From contig CAWCKE010000001.1 in NCBI GenBank assembly GCA_963796115.1, positions 37,993 to 101,992 of the forward strand: a stretch of DNA of 64,000 nucleotides. Reading direction: 5' to 3'. A program made the translations under genes and the position numbers. The notes below the pieces were generated by a model. The model was given only the letters and a program-made list of their open reading frames with translations. It was not told the DNA's origin and ran no database searches. Positions 62,615-64,000 of the stretch are shown piece by piece. The stretch is from an uncultured Acidimicrobiia bacterium (lineage in GTDB: Bacteria > Actinomycetota > Acidimicrobiia > Spongiisociales > UBA11373). Every line of letters starts with the position of its first letter. Position 1 is the first letter of the stretch.

Positions 62615-63814
62615 GTGAGACTGCGCTCCCCCGACGCGGCTCCCCGTTCGCTGCGCTCCTCCCTGGCCTACCTGGTGGCCTCCCGCCTGGTGCTCAACAC
62701 CGCTCATCGCTTCGCCTACCCGTTCCTGCCCGCCATCAGCCGCGGCCTGGGCGTCTCTCTCGAACAGGGGGGCCTGCTGCTGTCGGCCCGCTCCCTGGCC
62801 GGCCTGGCCACCCCGTTGGTGGTCGCCACCGTCGGGCGGGGTGAGCGCCGCCGGCGGACCCTCGCTCTGGGGCTGGCCCTCTTCGCCCTCGGGGCGGCGG
62901 TTACCGCCGCTGCCGGGGTGTACGCCGGAGCGGTGGTCGGCTTCGCCTTGTTCGGCCTGGCCAAGCCGCTCTTCGACGTCTCCGGCCAGGCCTTCATCGC
63001 CGATCGCACCCCCTACCGGAGGAGGGGCCGCTACATCGCCATCTTCGAGACCACCTGGGCGCTGGCACTGCTGGTGGGAGCGCCCGCGGCGGGGTGGCTG
63101 ATCGCCCGCCTCGGCTGGCGGGCGCCCTTCTGGGTGGTGGCCGCCCTGACCCTGATCGCCCTGGCCATCCTCCCCTGGGCGATCGACCGGGATGCCGCCC
63201 GGGACAAGGAAGCCCCGCTGGCCCGTCTTCGCTTCGACCGCTCGACCGTTCTGCTCCTCGTCGTCATCTTCCTGCTGATGTTCGCCGCCGAGGTTTCGTT
63301 CGTTGTCTTCGGCGCCTGGCTCGAGGATCGTTTCGGGCTCTCCCTGGTGGCCCTCGGCGGCGCCGCCACCGCGGTGGCCGTGGCGGAGCTGGCCGGCGAA
63401 GGGGCGTCCTTCGCCTTCACCGACCGCCTCGGCCCTCGCCGGAGCGTCTCCATCGGCCTCATCATCTGCATAGCCGCCTTCGCCCTCCTCGGCCCGGCGT
63501 CGGGGAGCCTTGCCAGCGGAATGGCCGCCCTGGTGCTGGCCTTCTTCGGCTTCGAGTTCGCCATCGTCTCGGCACTTCCCCTGGCCACCGAGGTGGCTCC
63601 CGACGCACGCACCCGGTTCCTGGCCCTGGTGGTGGTGGCGCTCTCCGGTTCACGGGCGGTCGCCGCCGCCATCGCCCCACCGCTCTTCGCCTGGGGTGGG
63701 TTCGCCGCCAACTCCACCGCCTCGGCAATCGCCGGCGCCCTCGCCCTGGCGATGCTGTTCGGCGTCACGGAGCGCCGTTCGGCCGGCCTGCCGCCCGGCG
63801 CCGCCCCCATCTAA
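62615..63814 (+). CDS. MFS transporter
   Basis: The 399-aa protein has about 12 hydrophobic segments. A DRxGRR-like loop (GRGERRRR) follows TM2. Confidence 0.75.
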   Translation: MRLRSPDAAPRSLRSSLAYLVASRLVLNTAHRFAYPFLPAISRGLGVSLEQGGLLLSARSLAGLATPLVVATVGRGERRRRTLALGLALFALGAAVTAAAGVYAGAVVGFALFGLAKPLFDVSGQAFIADRTPYRRRGRYIAIFETTWALALLVGAPAAGWLIARLGWRAPFWVVAALTLIALAILPWAIDRDAARDKEAPLARLRFDRSTVLLLVVIFLLMFAAEVSFVVFGAWLEDRFGLSLVALGGAATAVAVAELAGEGASFAFTDRLGPRRSVSIGLIICIAAFALLGPASGSLASGMAALVLAFFGFEFAIVSALPLATEVAPDARTRFLALVVVALSGSRAVAAAIAPPLFAWGGFAANSTASAIAGALALAMLFGVTERRSAGLPPGAAPI

Positions 63815-63862
63815 CGGCGGGCCTCGTCATAGAGTCGGCCTCCCACCGACAGGAGGCCCGAC

Positions 63863-64000
63863 ATGCCCGAGGTCAACGAGCACTCGCCCGGCAGCTTCGC
63901 CTGGGCGGACGGCGGCACCACCGACATCGAGAACGCCAAGACCTTCTACCACGCGATCTTCGGGTGGGAGTACGAGACCGCCGACGAGAGCGGATACACG
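63863..64000 (+). CDS. VOC/glyoxalase-family protein, 5' partial (runs off the window)
   Basis: AGGAGG lies 6 nt before the ATG at 63863. MPEVNEHSPGSFAWADGGTTDIENAKTFYHAIFGWEYE is a typical N-terminus of actinobacterial glyoxalase-like proteins. Confidence 0.5.
   Translation, partial: MPEVNEHSPGSFAWADGGTTDIENAKTFYHAIFGWEYETADESGYT

Overview
The window is a very GC-rich chromosomal segment; third codon positions are almost always G/C. I found about 60 protein genes, three tRNAs, and no rRNA, CRISPR array, transposase or integrase. Gene order looks like Actinomycetota: lexA, a LysM gene and nrdR sit together, next to a tRNA Val/Cys/Gly cluster. RNase Y is also present, which suggests a deep-branching class; that taxonomic call is inference only.

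Content from left to right:
- An ars operon (arsR, an ArsP-like permease, a thioredoxin-like protein, ACR3).
- A fused EtfB-EtfA gene plus ETF-quinone oxidoreductase.
- A DksA-like gene and three tRNAs.
- A long minus-strand housekeeping array: dut, nrdR, LysM, then dapF, miaA, miaB, rny, recA, a hydrolase, thpR, cinA, rimO. lexA lies divergent from the LysM gene.
- hisN, ftsK, rnj, dapA, dapB and an M16 peptidase.
- A two-gene HExxH-vWA plus CobS-like AAA+ module.
- Assorted accessory enzymes and lhr.
- murT/gatD.
- A 1016-codon Sec-dependent PKD plus RTX-repeat protein.
- aroQ, serC and an MFS transporter.

Two points stand out. First, many essential genes (recA, ftsK, lexA, nrdR, dapF, miaA/B, rimO, cinA, lhr and others) are broken by apparent 1-nt indels. 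These cluster at about 7.8-27 kb and 35.7-43.1 kb, while other multi-kb stretches are clean. This most likely reflects assembly or polishing error rather than real pseudogenes. Many long ORFs in the supplied track are therefore chimeric or antisense artefacts. Second, the least understood biology is the HExxH-vWA/degenerate-AAA pair at 29.7-32.8 kb. Also notable are the RTX/PKD protein with a strict 234-bp periodicity and a PD-(D/E)xK-like gene divergent from lhr. All product calls rest on motif recognition by eye; no database search was run.
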